Of a stretch of DNA of 64,000 nucleotides, positions 42,301 through 51,941 are shown one piece after another. The stretch is from Waterburya sp. (GTDB lineage: Bacteria > Cyanobacteriota > Cyanobacteriia > Cyanobacteriales > Xenococcaceae): NCBI GenBank assembly GCA_965217895.1, contig CBDCJV010000002.1, positions 2,240,001 through 2,304,000 of the forward strand. The letters are read 5' to 3'. Position 1 is the first letter of the stretch; each line of letters opens with the position of its first letter. The position numbers and the translations under genes were made by a program. A model generated the notes under the pieces. It worked only from the letters and a program-made list of their open reading frames with translations. It searched no databases and was not told the DNA's origin.

Positions 42301-43128
42301 TTAGTTAAAAGGATATATATAAGCAGCGAAATTATCTTTTTGTAATTGAGCTATAAACTTATCGGCTTGTTCTTTATGAGTAAATGCTCCTAAATAAATA
42401 AACACCCCTTGAGGCAAATTAACTAAAGAAATTTGTTTGACTTTTTGTCTAGCTTCAGACAAAGATTTGTCTCCCGTATATTCAGTTAATATATAGTAAT
42501 ATTGAGTATTAATTGCTGAAAGATTAGTAATATTATTTAAAGGTGCAAGATCAGGACTAATGGGTGTAATATTTGCCTTAGATTCTTCTATTGAAGTGTC
42601 TTCAATCGGCTTTATTTTGCTCAATGTACTCAAATTTAAAGGCATAAATTCTTGGGCAGATAAGTCGGCATTGCCTACCGTCGATACTGACGAGCGACCC
42701 CGCGTCGCCGTCAGGCGCAAGGGAACGCGCGAGTTTGCTAAATTTGCCTCTTGAGGATTGACGGCTATAGAAGCATTGCGCCAGATAACCGCAGCCGAAA
42801 TCAAATTGGCAAAGAAAAGAATTGCGATCGCGCTAATTCCCCAGGGACTGAGTAAGCTATCTAGCCAGTTTCTATCCTGATATTCTCTTGCAGGCAATTC
42901 TAGTGCAGAAGGCTCAAAGATAGAGTTTATTTCTGTCTCTTCTGTCTTCTTCTCTAATTCGTTATTTGAAAATAACTTAGGCTTGTTTAATTCTCCCTTT
43001 TTCTTACTTCGATAAGGGTTAAAAATATTAATTGTTCCCGTAGCAAATGGTTTATGAACAATACCAGATTTTAGCTGAGTATTAACCGTCGGCTTTTGCC
43101 CTTTGTTATTCAAGCTCTTAAAAGACAT
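42301..43128 (-). CDS. Membrane-anchored hypothetical protein with SPOR-like C-terminus
   Basis: SPWGI TM segment; IYLGAF..KEQADKFIAQLQK. Confidence 0.7.
   Translation of the reverse strand: MSFKSLNNKGQKPTVNTQLKSGIVHKPFATGTINIFNPYRSKKKGELNKPKLFSNNELEKKTEETEINSIFEPSALELPAREYQDRNWLDSLLSPWGISAIAILFFANLISAAVIWRNASIAVNPQEANLANSRVPLRLTATRGRSSVSTVGNADLSAQEFMPLNLSTLSKIKPIEDTSIEESKANITPISPDLAPLNNITNLSAINTQYYYILTEYTGDKSLSEARQKVKQISLVNLPQGVFIYLGAFTHKEQADKFIAQLQKDNFAAYIYPFN
42691..42733. mobile_element. 39-nt in-frame insertion carrying the 27-nt hairpin core
   Basis: CGAG direct repeats at 42691 and 42730; core at 42699-42725; reads RVPLRLTATRGRS in the host gene. Confidence 0.65.
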
Positions 43129-43255
43129 AATTCCTAGGCGATTTAAATATAAAATTAAGTCTAATTCAACTAGCGAAATGTCTAGCTTAACTCCATATTT
43201 AAAAAATCGCTGCTGCTATGTAAATAATAAATTTTGGTGATTGATTCATTAACCG

Positions 43256-45304
43256 TCAGTATACAGACTGGATTTGTTCTAATACTTGCTCAATATTAGT
43301 TGCTGGTTCTAGACAAGACGAACTTTGGCAAACTAAAGCAACTGAATCTTTAGGTAACTCAGCCTCTACTCTGAAGACAGTAGTAGGCAAATAATGAGAA
43401 CCTAACTGTTTTATGTTGTCAATGCTACTTTTAACGCTTGTGCCATGCAAAAACCAATCTAATGCCGTAAATAAACTAGGACAAGCGGTAGGAGATTTTT
43501 CCATCACCGAACTAAAAGCCTGTAGTCCTCTTTTCGCCTGTTCTAAATATTTCAAGTTGTCAGTCAATAACGAAAGGCGCACTAAGTTAGCGATCGCAAT
43601 ACCGTTAGCAGATGGTGTAGCATTATCCATATAGCTACGTTCTCGTATTAGTAGCTCGTTTCCCGCATCGGTGGAGTTATTGTAATATCCGCCTACTTCA
43701 ATACTCCAAAGTAATTCATCAAATTCGTTTTGAATTCTGATAGCGTGTTCTAACCACTGTGGATCATCTGGACAAGCAGCCTGTAGGTCTAACAAAGCTT
43801 TGATTAAAAAAGCATAGTCTTCTGACTGTGCAGGTACTGTTGCCAGTCCATCATAGTTAAGTCGCTGCAATCTACCCTCTAGCCATTGGTTTTGCAGTAT
43901 AAACTGAACTGCATCAGTGGCTAAATCTAAGTAAGATTGCTCTTTAAATACAGCATAAGCCCTAGCCAATCCTGAAATTGCTAAACTATTCCAGGCTGCG
44001 ATCGCTTTTGTATCAGTTACAGGGGGAATGCGTCCTAACCAATCTTTAGTTTTGGCTTCTTGATTATTTTTAGCAGGAGGAAAAGTAGCTATTTCAGTAG
44101 CAGGTTTTCCGTAGCGAATTGTAAATAGCTTATTCAAAGCTTGCTCTAAATTCGATGATAATAGGTCACTTCCCAAACGCTGTAAGACATTTTTGCCTTC
44201 AAAATTGCCTTGAGGTGCAACCGTGAATTCTTGCTGTAATTCGGCTAATTCTGACTCGTTGAGTATAGATTCTAATTCTGCATAACTCCAAACATAAAAA
44301 TCACCTTCTTCTGGCTCAATTTCTTCGGCAGTAGTAAAGTTATCAGCATCTTGAGCAGCATAAAAATAGCCTTGAGGATTAGTCATTTCTCGCTGTAGCC
44401 ATTTTACTGTACCTGCGATCGCTCTTTGAATAGCAGGTTGCTGTCCACCATTACTCCACAAATTAGTTAAATACTCTAAAATTTGCCCATTATCATAAAG
44501 CATTTTTTCAAAATGGGGTACTGTCCAAGTATTATCTACCGTGTAGCGATGAAATCCTCCTCCTACATGGTCAGAGATGCCACCCAAAGCCAAATCTAAT
44601 CCGCGCTGTTGAGATAATGCTTGAGAATTGTACTTAGATTCTTGTTCAAACCTACTACCCTGCAAAGCGATAGTAGAGTAGGGAATCATCGGGAAACTAG
44701 GACGACCAGGATCATTAGCCTGCAATACCGCAGTATTATCGTTAATTCCTCGATTCAATAGCTCTTTGGTTAAAGTATTTACCTGACTGACTGGCAACAA
44801 AGCCGATTGCTGAAGATTGCCTAAAATTTCCGTTTTAAAAGCTGCTAGCTTTTCTGGTTCCTGGTTGTAAAAACGCCGTATTGCCTTAAGAATTTCTAGA
44901 AACCCAGGACGACCATATTTAGGTTCGACAGGAAAATAAGTCCCACCGTAAAACGGCACTAAATCTTCAGGATTGAGAAAAATATTAAGCGGCCAACCTC
45001 CTTGTCCAGTCATCATTTGTAATGTCTGCATATAGATGCTGTCGATGTCTGGTCTTTCTTCTCTATCTACCTTGATTGGCAGAAAATTAGCGTTAAGATA
45101 ATCAGCGATCGCCCTATCTGAAAACGCTTCTCCTTCCATCACCGTACACCAATGACAGCTAGAGTAACCAATCGACAGAAATATAGGCTTATTTTCTTGT
45201 TTTGCTTCGGCTAATGCCGAATCACACCAATACCACCAATTAATCGGATTTTCAACGTGCTTTTGTAAATAAAGACTTTGAGTTGATTGAAGATGGTTAG
45301 CCAT
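43256..45304 (-). CDS. Thioredoxin-domain protein, DUF255 (YyaL/SPATA20 family)
   Basis: KPIFLSIGYSSCHWCTVME, KVDREERPDID, GGWPL, GGGFHRY, VPHFEKMLYDN. Confidence 0.93.
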   Translation of the reverse strand: MANHLQSTQSLYLQKHVENPINWWYWCDSALAEAKQENKPIFLSIGYSSCHWCTVMEGEAFSDRAIADYLNANFLPIKVDREERPDIDSIYMQTLQMMTGQGGWPLNIFLNPEDLVPFYGGTYFPVEPKYGRPGFLEILKAIRRFYNQEPEKLAAFKTEILGNLQQSALLPVSQVNTLTKELLNRGINDNTAVLQANDPGRPSFPMIPYSTIALQGSRFEQESKYNSQALSQQRGLDLALGGISDHVGGGFHRYTVDNTWTVPHFEKMLYDNGQILEYLTNLWSNGGQQPAIQRAIAGTVKWLQREMTNPQGYFYAAQDADNFTTAEEIEPEEGDFYVWSYAELESILNESELAELQQEFTVAPQGNFEGKNVLQRLGSDLLSSNLEQALNKLFTIRYGKPATEIATFPPAKNNQEAKTKDWLGRIPPVTDTKAIAAWNSLAISGLARAYAVFKEQSYLDLATDAVQFILQNQWLEGRLQRLNYDGLATVPAQSEDYAFLIKALLDLQAACPDDPQWLEHAIRIQNEFDELLWSIEVGGYYNNSTDAGNELLIRERSYMDNATPSANGIAIANLVRLSLLTDNLKYLEQAKRGLQAFSSVMEKSPTACPSLFTALDWFLHGTSVKSSIDNIKQLGSHYLPTTVFRVEAELPKDSVALVCQSSSCLEPATNIEQVLEQIQSVY

Positions 45305-45357
45305 AAGTAATTAATAATTGATAATTGACAATGAATAATTAAGGTTTATTCATTTTG

Positions 45358-45570
45358 TTATTCCCTCAAAAGCTCTTTGGCTTTATCGTAGATAGATTTT
45401 TGTTCTGGAGTTGCAGCAGCCAAACATTCAGCGTGTATTCGTTTTAGACTGGCAATATAATCTTGGTTTTTACTCAGAACAGCATTTGACTTAGATGAAG
45501 TGATAGTAGCTAACTGCGCCCTTAAAGGTAGTTTACGAAAGACTGCTAAACGTTGTTCAATTGATGCCAT
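45358..45570 (-). CDS. Small hypothetical protein (MASIEQRLAVFRKL...)
   Basis: ATG at 45570, helical-looking 70 aa. Confidence 0.55.
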   Translation of the reverse strand: MASIEQRLAVFRKLPLRAQLATITSSKSNAVLSKNQDYIASLKRIHAECLAAATPEQKSIYDKAKELLRE

Positions 45571-45791
45571 AAATTTAAATGAGTAAGCCAAATTGTGCGT
45601 TGACAAAGTTTATTAAAAAAGCGATCGCCAGATTATACAGCGGTTTGCATAACTAATTAGTACAGTACCATTCCCCTACTCACTTTGAGTTGTGTTGCCA
45701 GTTTTCGGATTGATGTTCCTTCTTCGTGACTAGCAATTATGCAGAAAAAATTCAATCAGCATTACGAAAGTGCGAAGAAATCAATTAGGAA

Positions 45792-46418
45792 TCATCTTTT
45801 GTTAGCCAAACATTCCTTTAAAAGTTCGTCTGCCGTTGACATAAATTCTACATCAATACAGATAAATCTAAGACGCTTAACCTCCTGCTTCATGCGTTTA
45901 TTATAAAATAAGGTGCGATTCAAAAACTTTTGAATTAAATACTTTTCATCCTCAGCTATTTGATTAAAATTACTTTCCTGATAAATTCTATTTTGCAAGA
46001 ATCGATCGCTAGCTGTAAGCCAAATCGCTTGGATTTTGATATTATTTTCGCTCACTAAATCTGCTACCAATCCAGGCCATAACGCAGAACCTTCAATGAT
46101 AAGGCATTCCGTTAATAAATCAGACAAATGAGAGTGAACAATAGCCTCAACTTGTGGCAGCACGTTTTGCTCATAGTGGGACAAGACATCAAAGAAAAGA
46201 GCATTGACAGATAGAGTCTTATAATGTTCGACTACGTGTTCTCGAACAGGCTTTTGATCGGCATTTGCCCAAGGACGACCAGGATGACGGGCAAGATTGT
46301 CCGTAGAAAGATAATTCCAGTCTAGTTTTGCTGCTAAAGATTGGGCAAGGGTTGATTTGCCTACATGAGAAGAACCACCAATTAGAAGCACTCGTGTTTC
46401 ATTAATTAATTTATCCAT
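45792..46418 (-). CDS. P-loop kinase (2-phosphoglycerate kinase-like)
   Basis: LIGGSSHVGKST Walker A, STD, LIIEGS; ATG at 46418 preferred. Confidence 0.75.
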   Translation of the reverse strand: MDKLINETRVLLIGGSSHVGKSTLAQSLAAKLDWNYLSTDNLARHPGRPWANADQKPVREHVVEHYKTLSVNALFFDVLSHYEQNVLPQVEAIVHSHLSDLLTECLIIEGSALWPGLVADLVSENNIKIQAIWLTASDRFLQNRIYQESNFNQIAEDEKYLIQKFLNRTLFYNKRMKQEVKRLRFICIDVEFMSTADELLKECLANKR

Positions 46419-46622
46419 TAGAGTTGAGATCAAAATCCGACTAAGGAATAAAAAAGACAAATAACAATGGTTCAGACAAAATTTTATTGTTAACGAAATA
46501 ATAGGTGTTTGACCCTTGTTTGAGATTAAGATAGCTAACGGTAAATTGCGGTTTTAAACTGTCTTAACTATCCTAACTGCTCTAACTGTCCTATCTAACT
46601 GTTGAAATAGGTAAAGGTAGTT

Positions 46623-47723
46623 TTACTTATTAACAAAACTGGTATAGCTTAGTTCATTGATTTTGTTCCACTCAGAAACTCCCTTACGGAATTGATTCCA
46701 TTGGTCATATACTTTCTTAAAGCCAGGGCTTTTAGCAGATTGTGATTCATAATATTCAAAAGATGCTTTCTGTGCAGCTTGCAATATTTCTGCGGGATAT
46801 GGAGTTAGTTTGGTGCCACCGTCTACCAGAGTTTTTAAAGCTTGCCGATTCAAAGCATCATATTTAGACAGCATATTGAGATTAGCTTCCATCGCTGCGG
46901 ATTTAAATATTTCCTGATACTCGACGGGTAATTTATCCCACTGAGATTTGTTTACCTGTACTTCTAGTGTAGGGCCTGGTTCCCACCAACCAGGATAATA
47001 ATAGTAGGATGCAGCTTTGTTTAAACCTAGCTTAAGATCGTCATAAGGACCTACCCATTCGGCAGCATCAATTGCCCCCCTATCCAAAGCCAAATAGATT
47101 TCGCCTCCTGGAAGTACCTGAACATTTACTCCCAAGCGAGACATAACTTCTCCCCCCAAGCCAGGAATACGCATTTTTAATCCTTGTAAGTCTTGTAGAG
47201 ATCTCACTTCTTTTTTAAACCAGCCTCCCATTTGCGCCCCCGTATTACCCGCAGGGAAGTTAATTACGTTAAAATTGCTATACAGTTCGTGCATAGCTGC
47301 TAAACCGCCACCATGATAATACCAAGCATTTTGCTGTTGTGCAGTTAAGCCAAAAGGAACAGAAGAACCAAAAGCCAAAGCGGGATTTTTGCCTACGTAA
47401 TAGTAACTGGCGGTGTGTCCACATTCAACAGTGCCGTTTTGTACCGCATCTAATACTTCTAAACCAGGAACAATTTCTCCTGCTGCATAAGGTTCAATGG
47501 TAAATTTACCTCCTGTCATCGCAGCTACACGATCGCATACTGCTTGCGCTCCACCATAAATAGTATCGAGGGATTTGGGCCAGCTTGTAACCATACGCCA
47601 TTTAATATTAGGCAGACTATCTGCTTGAACACTGGGACTATTATTAGTTTGATCGCAGGCAACGAGGATAGTGCTGGTGGTAGCAGCGATCGCCATTTTA
47701 TTAAATACTTGTCTGCGTCTCAT
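46623..47723 (-). CDS. TRAP transporter substrate-binding protein (TakP/2-oxoacid type), Tat-exported
   Basis: RRQVF Tat-like signal, [49 protein letters not shown]. Confidence 0.92.
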   Translation of the reverse strand: MRRRQVFNKMAIAATTSTILVACDQTNNSPSVQADSLPNIKWRMVTSWPKSLDTIYGGAQAVCDRVAAMTGGKFTIEPYAAGEIVPGLEVLDAVQNGTVECGHTASYYYVGKNPALAFGSSVPFGLTAQQQNAWYYHGGGLAAMHELYSNFNVINFPAGNTGAQMGGWFKKEVRSLQDLQGLKMRIPGLGGEVMSRLGVNVQVLPGGEIYLALDRGAIDAAEWVGPYDDLKLGLNKAASYYYYPGWWEPGPTLEVQVNKSQWDKLPVEYQEIFKSAAMEANLNMLSKYDALNRQALKTLVDGGTKLTPYPAEILQAAQKASFEYYESQSAKSPGFKKVYDQWNQFRKGVSEWNKINELSYTSFVNK

Positions 47724-47773
47724 AATTCTTATTTTTATTCGGTTTTATATTTCCCCTTAAGCCACCGTCAATT

Positions 47774-47787
47774 GTATCAGAGAGTAC
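47774..47787. promoter_or_regulatory. NtcA-like box GTA-N8-TAC upstream of the TRAP SBP gene
   Basis: GTATCAGAGAGTAC; on the minus strand it is followed by TTGACG-N16-TATAAA. Confidence 0.35.
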
Positions 47788-47920
47788 TAAAAAAGGATGA
47801 AGAAAGAGAGGCTAACGCCGTTCAAGAAGCGATCGCCAACCTCAAGCAAAATAAGTTGGCTATTGGTTATCTTAGATTGAGCCGTCATAGTCTAAAAGCA
47901 ATAAAATTGTTATGTGTAAG

Positions 47921-48016
47921 TAAGTAGGCAGAATTAAATATAAAACCGAATAAGCAAGATTTTACTTCTTACTTCTTACGAAGACTATCTTCTAATTAAT
48001 TTCACCCACCTACTTA
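47921..48016. mobile_element. TAAGTAG...CTACTTA family MITE-like element (copy 2)
   Basis: Aligns along its length with 16012-16109. Confidence 0.75.
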
Positions 48017-48074
48017 AGAGCAATGCTATTTTGTTAACAACTTGCTGGAGTGATCTAATCAATAATATTTCTGG

Positions 48075-48626
48075 ATGTTAAATAAACTACTTAACTCAAT
48101 TATTTTTAATCATAAAACCGATTACTTACGCTTAATTTTACTATTTAATTTGATTTTGCTATTTACCATAAGTTCTTTTAGTATTTGTTTTCCAGCGACG
48201 GCATTACTCAGACAACACCATGAAACGCCAGGAGTGCTACGTTATCACGCTCAAGATTCCTTGAAAGATGGCGATCGCAATACATGGCAGGTGATATTAT
48301 TTCCTGACAATCTCCAGACTTCTAAAACAAGGTATTATTTACGTCTGGTAGGATTTCCTGGCATCAAATCTTTTAATCATCCTCAGTCTTTAGAAATTAT
48401 TACTTCTCAAGGAAACATTCTTACCGCAGCAGATGCTTACCCAAAATCTGCTCCTGCACCTAACGTTGGTCAATATGATTTCACGCCGATTATGGCTAAG
48501 CTACCAACAAAAGGGAGTTTGAAATTAGCAGTTATCCTCAAGGGGAATAGCGAACTATCTCTAAAAATTCCTCATGAAGTATTAACCGAATGGCAACTAT
48601 TAGCCAAAGAAATTGAAGATCGGTAG
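48075..48626 (+). CDS. DUF3122-like secreted protein
   Basis: Signal peptide, LRQHHETPG, SLKD..WQVILF, LRLVGFPG, NVGQYD. Confidence 0.7.
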   Translation: MLNKLLNSIIFNHKTDYLRLILLFNLILLFTISSFSICFPATALLRQHHETPGVLRYHAQDSLKDGDRNTWQVILFPDNLQTSKTRYYLRLVGFPGIKSFNHPQSLEIITSQGNILTAADAYPKSAPAPNVGQYDFTPIMAKLPTKGSLKLAVILKGNSELSLKIPHEVLTEWQLLAKEIEDR

Positions 48627-48740
48627 TTTAATTATTTCCTTGTCCCTCATCCTTTTAAAATCTCCTGTTACTTTAGGGTGGCGATCGGGAATTATAAATT
48701 TATCCCCATCGCCAGTTGTTGAGATAGCAATCTAAATTTA

Positions 48741-49712
48741 ATGAATGGAGAAGAGTTATTATTACTTTATAAACAGGGTAATAAAGATTTTAGTCGTGCC
48801 GATCTGAGTCAAATACAGATTATGCAGGTGGAATTGATTGATATCGATCTAAGTCGAACAGAATTAGACTGGGCGAACTTTAGTGGTGCTAATCTGGCTA
48901 AAGGTAATTTTAATCGAGCTAATTTAGCAAATGCTCGCCTGATAAAAGCCAATTTAGCAGGCGCAAGCTTAAACAGTGCTGATTTAACCAATGCCGATCT
49001 TAGCTGGGCTAATTTAGAGAACACTTCTTTAATTAGAGCCAATCTAAGCAACGCTAATCTTAGTCAATCTTTTTTTCGGGATGCCAATCTTGCTGATGCT
49101 GATTTAAGCAATGCCAATCTTACCAGGGTCAATCTTGCGGGTGCTAATCTCAGCCGAGCGAATCTTGCGGGTGCAGACCTTACAGGAGTAGACTTAAACG
49201 GTGCAAATTTGACACGTGCAGATTTGAGTGAAGCTAATTTAACTAATGCAGATTTAAGTTATGCCAACTTTAATCGAGCTGACTTAAGCGGTAGCAATTT
49301 AAGACAGTCAAATTTACAGCAGGCGATCTTACAGGGAGCCAATTTACGCTCAACTAACCTACGCAGTGCCATACTTGCAGGAGCAGTGTTAAAAGAAACT
49401 GATAGCAGTAACAGTAGTCTGGCTAGTATATCTCAATTAAGTTTGGGCAACCTAAAACCAGGCAACAAGATAGATTTAAGTAATGCCAATCTCACTGGAG
49501 CTAATTTACAAGGAGTCAATCTGCAAAATGCTAATTTTAGATTTGCCTTATTGTTTAAAACTAATCTAGAAAAAACTAATTTAGAAAATGCCAGTTTAAT
49601 CGACGTATATCTGCGAGGAGCTAATTTAAGAGGTGCTAACCTAAAAAATAGTGTCTTAAGTGGTATTAATTGGAAAGGAACAACTATGCCTGATGGTACG
49701 ATTCATCCTTAG
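48741..49712 (+). CDS. Pentapeptide repeat protein
   Basis: A(D/N)Lxx repeats; MNGEELLLLYKQG start and TMPDGTIHP end. Confidence 0.93.
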   Translation: MNGEELLLLYKQGNKDFSRADLSQIQIMQVELIDIDLSRTELDWANFSGANLAKGNFNRANLANARLIKANLAGASLNSADLTNADLSWANLENTSLIRANLSNANLSQSFFRDANLADADLSNANLTRVNLAGANLSRANLAGADLTGVDLNGANLTRADLSEANLTNADLSYANFNRADLSGSNLRQSNLQQAILQGANLRSTNLRSAILAGAVLKETDSSNSSLASISQLSLGNLKPGNKIDLSNANLTGANLQGVNLQNANFRFALLFKTNLEKTNLENASLIDVYLRGANLRGANLKNSVLSGINWKGTTMPDGTIHP

Positions 49713-49741
49713 ATCAATTATCAATTAACAATGATCAATAG

Positions 49742-51115
49742 CTATAAACCCAAAATAGTTTTAGCAATATAAAAGTAAATTAATACTCCCAAGACATCAA
49801 CGGCGGTAGTAATAAAAGGTGCAGACATAAGAGCTGGATCTAAGCCAAAAGAGCGGAATAAAAATGGTAAAGCCGAACCCGCAACGGAAGCTAAAAGTGC
49901 GATCGCAATAAGGCTGATACCTACAGACACTGCTACTTCTATACTCCCCTGAAGGAAATAAGCCCATACCGTCGCCAATGTGCCTAAGATTAAACCTAAT
50001 AAAATTCCCGCAGCAGCTTCGCGAAAAATAACTTTTCCCGCACCCATGTTTTGAATTTCTTCTGTATTTAAACCACGAATTACTACTGTAGAAGACTGTG
50101 CGCCTACGTTTCCTCCCGTCCCCGTTAACAAAGGGATAAAAGCAGCTAAAATAACTACCTGCTTTAAAAGCTCCTCGTTATAGCGAATGATTGCCCCTGT
50201 GACAGTATTGGTAAGCAAAAGCACAAATAACCAAACTACTCGACGACGAGCTACCGTCAGTAAATTGGTTTGAAAATAGTTGTCTTTATCAGACTGTACG
50301 CCACCCAAAGCATAGATATCTTCGGTGGCTTCCCGCTCAATAATATCAATCACATCATCAACGGTGACAACTCCCACTAACCTTTCCTCGCTGTCAACGA
50401 CGGGCAATGCCAGGATATCATAGCGTTGAATAGTTCTTGCCACTTCTTCTTGATCTGTATCGGTATGAACAAAAACCACGTCACGGGTCATAATTTCTGC
50501 CAAAGTTGTTTCGGGGCTGGCGATCACTAAATCTCTTAAAGAAACAATTCCCTTTAGCTGTCGAGATACATCGGTCACGTATAGATAATAAACTACTTCT
50601 GAGGCATTAGATAAGCTACGAATTCGCTCTAGAGTCTGGCTAACGGTCAGATTCTCTTTTAAAGAGATATATTCGGGGGTCATGATCCGCCCCGCGGTAT
50701 CTTCCCCGTAACCGAGTAGAATAGCTGTAGCTTGTCTTTCTCCTGGACTTAACTGTGACAATAGACGACGGACGATTTTTGCTGGGAGTTCATCAAACAT
50801 TCTAGCGCGATCGTCAGGAGACATTTTATCAACAATGTCTAAAACTTCTTGGCGTTTGAATTCTTGAATTAGTGCTTGTTGGACATCAGTATTGAGATAT
50901 TCATAAACTTCGATCGCCTCGGCTTTTGATAGTAGGCGAAAAGCAATTAATTGACTTGATTCGGGTAAACCTTCAATTGCTTCGGCGATGTCTACTGGCT
51001 GTACAGGAATTAAAAGAGATTTTGCTCCTTGCAGGTTGCCACTTTCTAACAGCAATTCCAGTTGCGATCGAACCAACTGCCGTAATTCGTTGTGTTTAAC
51101 TCCATTTGGTATCAT
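49742..51115 (-). CDS. mgtE: Magnesium transporter MgtE
   Basis: MgtE N domain, CBS pair (AGRIMTPEY), GGNVGAQS, DPALMSAPFITTAVD. Confidence 0.96.
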   Translation of the reverse strand: MIPNGVKHNELRQLVRSQLELLLESGNLQGAKSLLIPVQPVDIAEAIEGLPESSQLIAFRLLSKAEAIEVYEYLNTDVQQALIQEFKRQEVLDIVDKMSPDDRARMFDELPAKIVRRLLSQLSPGERQATAILLGYGEDTAGRIMTPEYISLKENLTVSQTLERIRSLSNASEVVYYLYVTDVSRQLKGIVSLRDLVIASPETTLAEIMTRDVVFVHTDTDQEEVARTIQRYDILALPVVDSEERLVGVVTVDDVIDIIEREATEDIYALGGVQSDKDNYFQTNLLTVARRRVVWLFVLLLTNTVTGAIIRYNEELLKQVVILAAFIPLLTGTGGNVGAQSSTVVIRGLNTEEIQNMGAGKVIFREAAAGILLGLILGTLATVWAYFLQGSIEVAVSVGISLIAIALLASVAGSALPFLFRSFGLDPALMSAPFITTAVDVLGVLIYFYIAKTILGL

Positions 51116-51294
51116 ACATTACGTCCAATAATACAAACTGATTATTTTTTGATTTTTACTATTCTTTTGAATCAATAAAATTTAGTTATTAAAGGTATTT
51201 ATAATAAAATCCTTTACATTTTTGTATTTTTTAACATTGTTTTCCATCTTGAAATGAATCCTTTTAATTTGGCTGTGTTAACCTACTAAAAAGT

Positions 51295-51390
51295 AGAGAT
51301 TTCGATTCGGTAAGCCTGTTTATTTTAATTTGTTATAACCTCTCGGCTGCATATAGATTGACAAGCTTTCTGCCGAAATATCTATCTCAA
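51295..51390 (+). promoter_or_regulatory. Structured 5' leader of rbp with box-like elements
   Basis: TTCGGTAA and TCTGCCGAAA complementary boxes, resembling those described for cold-induced cyanobacterial rbp leaders. Confidence 0.5.
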
Positions 51391-51418
51391 AATAATTTCG
51401 TTAATCAGGAGACAATCA

Positions 51419-51718
51419 ATGTCAATCTATGTAGGTAATCTTTCTTACGAGGTCACTAAAGAAGATCTTACGACTGTTTTTGAAGAATATGGTACTGTAT
51501 CTAGGGTATCTCTTCCTTCCGACCGTGAAACAGGTCGTCCTAGAGGATTTGGATTTGTAGAAATGGGCAGTGAAGACGAGGAAACAAAAGCAATCGAAAA
51601 CTTGGATGGTGCAGAATGGATGGGAAGAGAACTAAGAGTTAATAAAGCAAGACCTCGCGAAAATAACAAAGGAGGCGGAGGTAGCCGTCGTTTTGAAAGC
51701 TCCTCTAGTAACTACTAA
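51419..51718 (+). CDS. rbp: RRM RNA-binding protein (cyanobacterial Rbp)
   Basis: SIYVGNLSY (RNP2), RGFGFVEM (RNP1), Gly tract; AGGAG RBS. Confidence 0.95.
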   Translation: MSIYVGNLSYEVTKEDLTTVFEEYGTVSRVSLPSDRETGRPRGFGFVEMGSEDEETKAIENLDGAEWMGRELRVNKARPRENNKGGGGSRRFESSSSNY

Positions 51719-51784
51719 ATTCTAGTTTCAGAAAGTCATTACCTTAAAAAATCATTGTTTTAAGACAATGATTTTCAAAGTTAT

Positions 51785-51828
51785 CAGTATCTGAGTTTAA
51801 CTGATATGACTCAGATACTGTTGTTTTT
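51785..51828 (+). terminator. Intrinsic terminator after rbp
   Basis: CAGTATCTGAGT / ACTCAGATACTG stem followed by a T-rich tract; a second hairpin lies at ~51748-51775. Confidence 0.6.
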
Positions 51829-51941
51829 CTATTCAAAATTGTTTATTACCTAGGATGCTTTGGATTAAAATTTTTGCCTAAATATTAGGTAAAGCGATCG
51901 CCTTAATGTAATAAATTCTTAATTTATAGGTGTGAAAAAAC

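Noticed and set aside
23544..42725. The 27-nt repeats as a CRISPR array
   Set aside because: Copies are kilobases apart, in both orientations, with no spacer periodicity and no cas genes.
47544..47927. 127-aa plus-strand ORF
   Set aside because: Overlaps the TRAP gene antisense with a TTG start; only its cpcE-like segment is meaningful and is reported as a finding.
48741..49712. 15-nt periodicity in the pentapeptide genes
   Set aside because: Explained by the encoded A(D/N)Lxx protein repeats.
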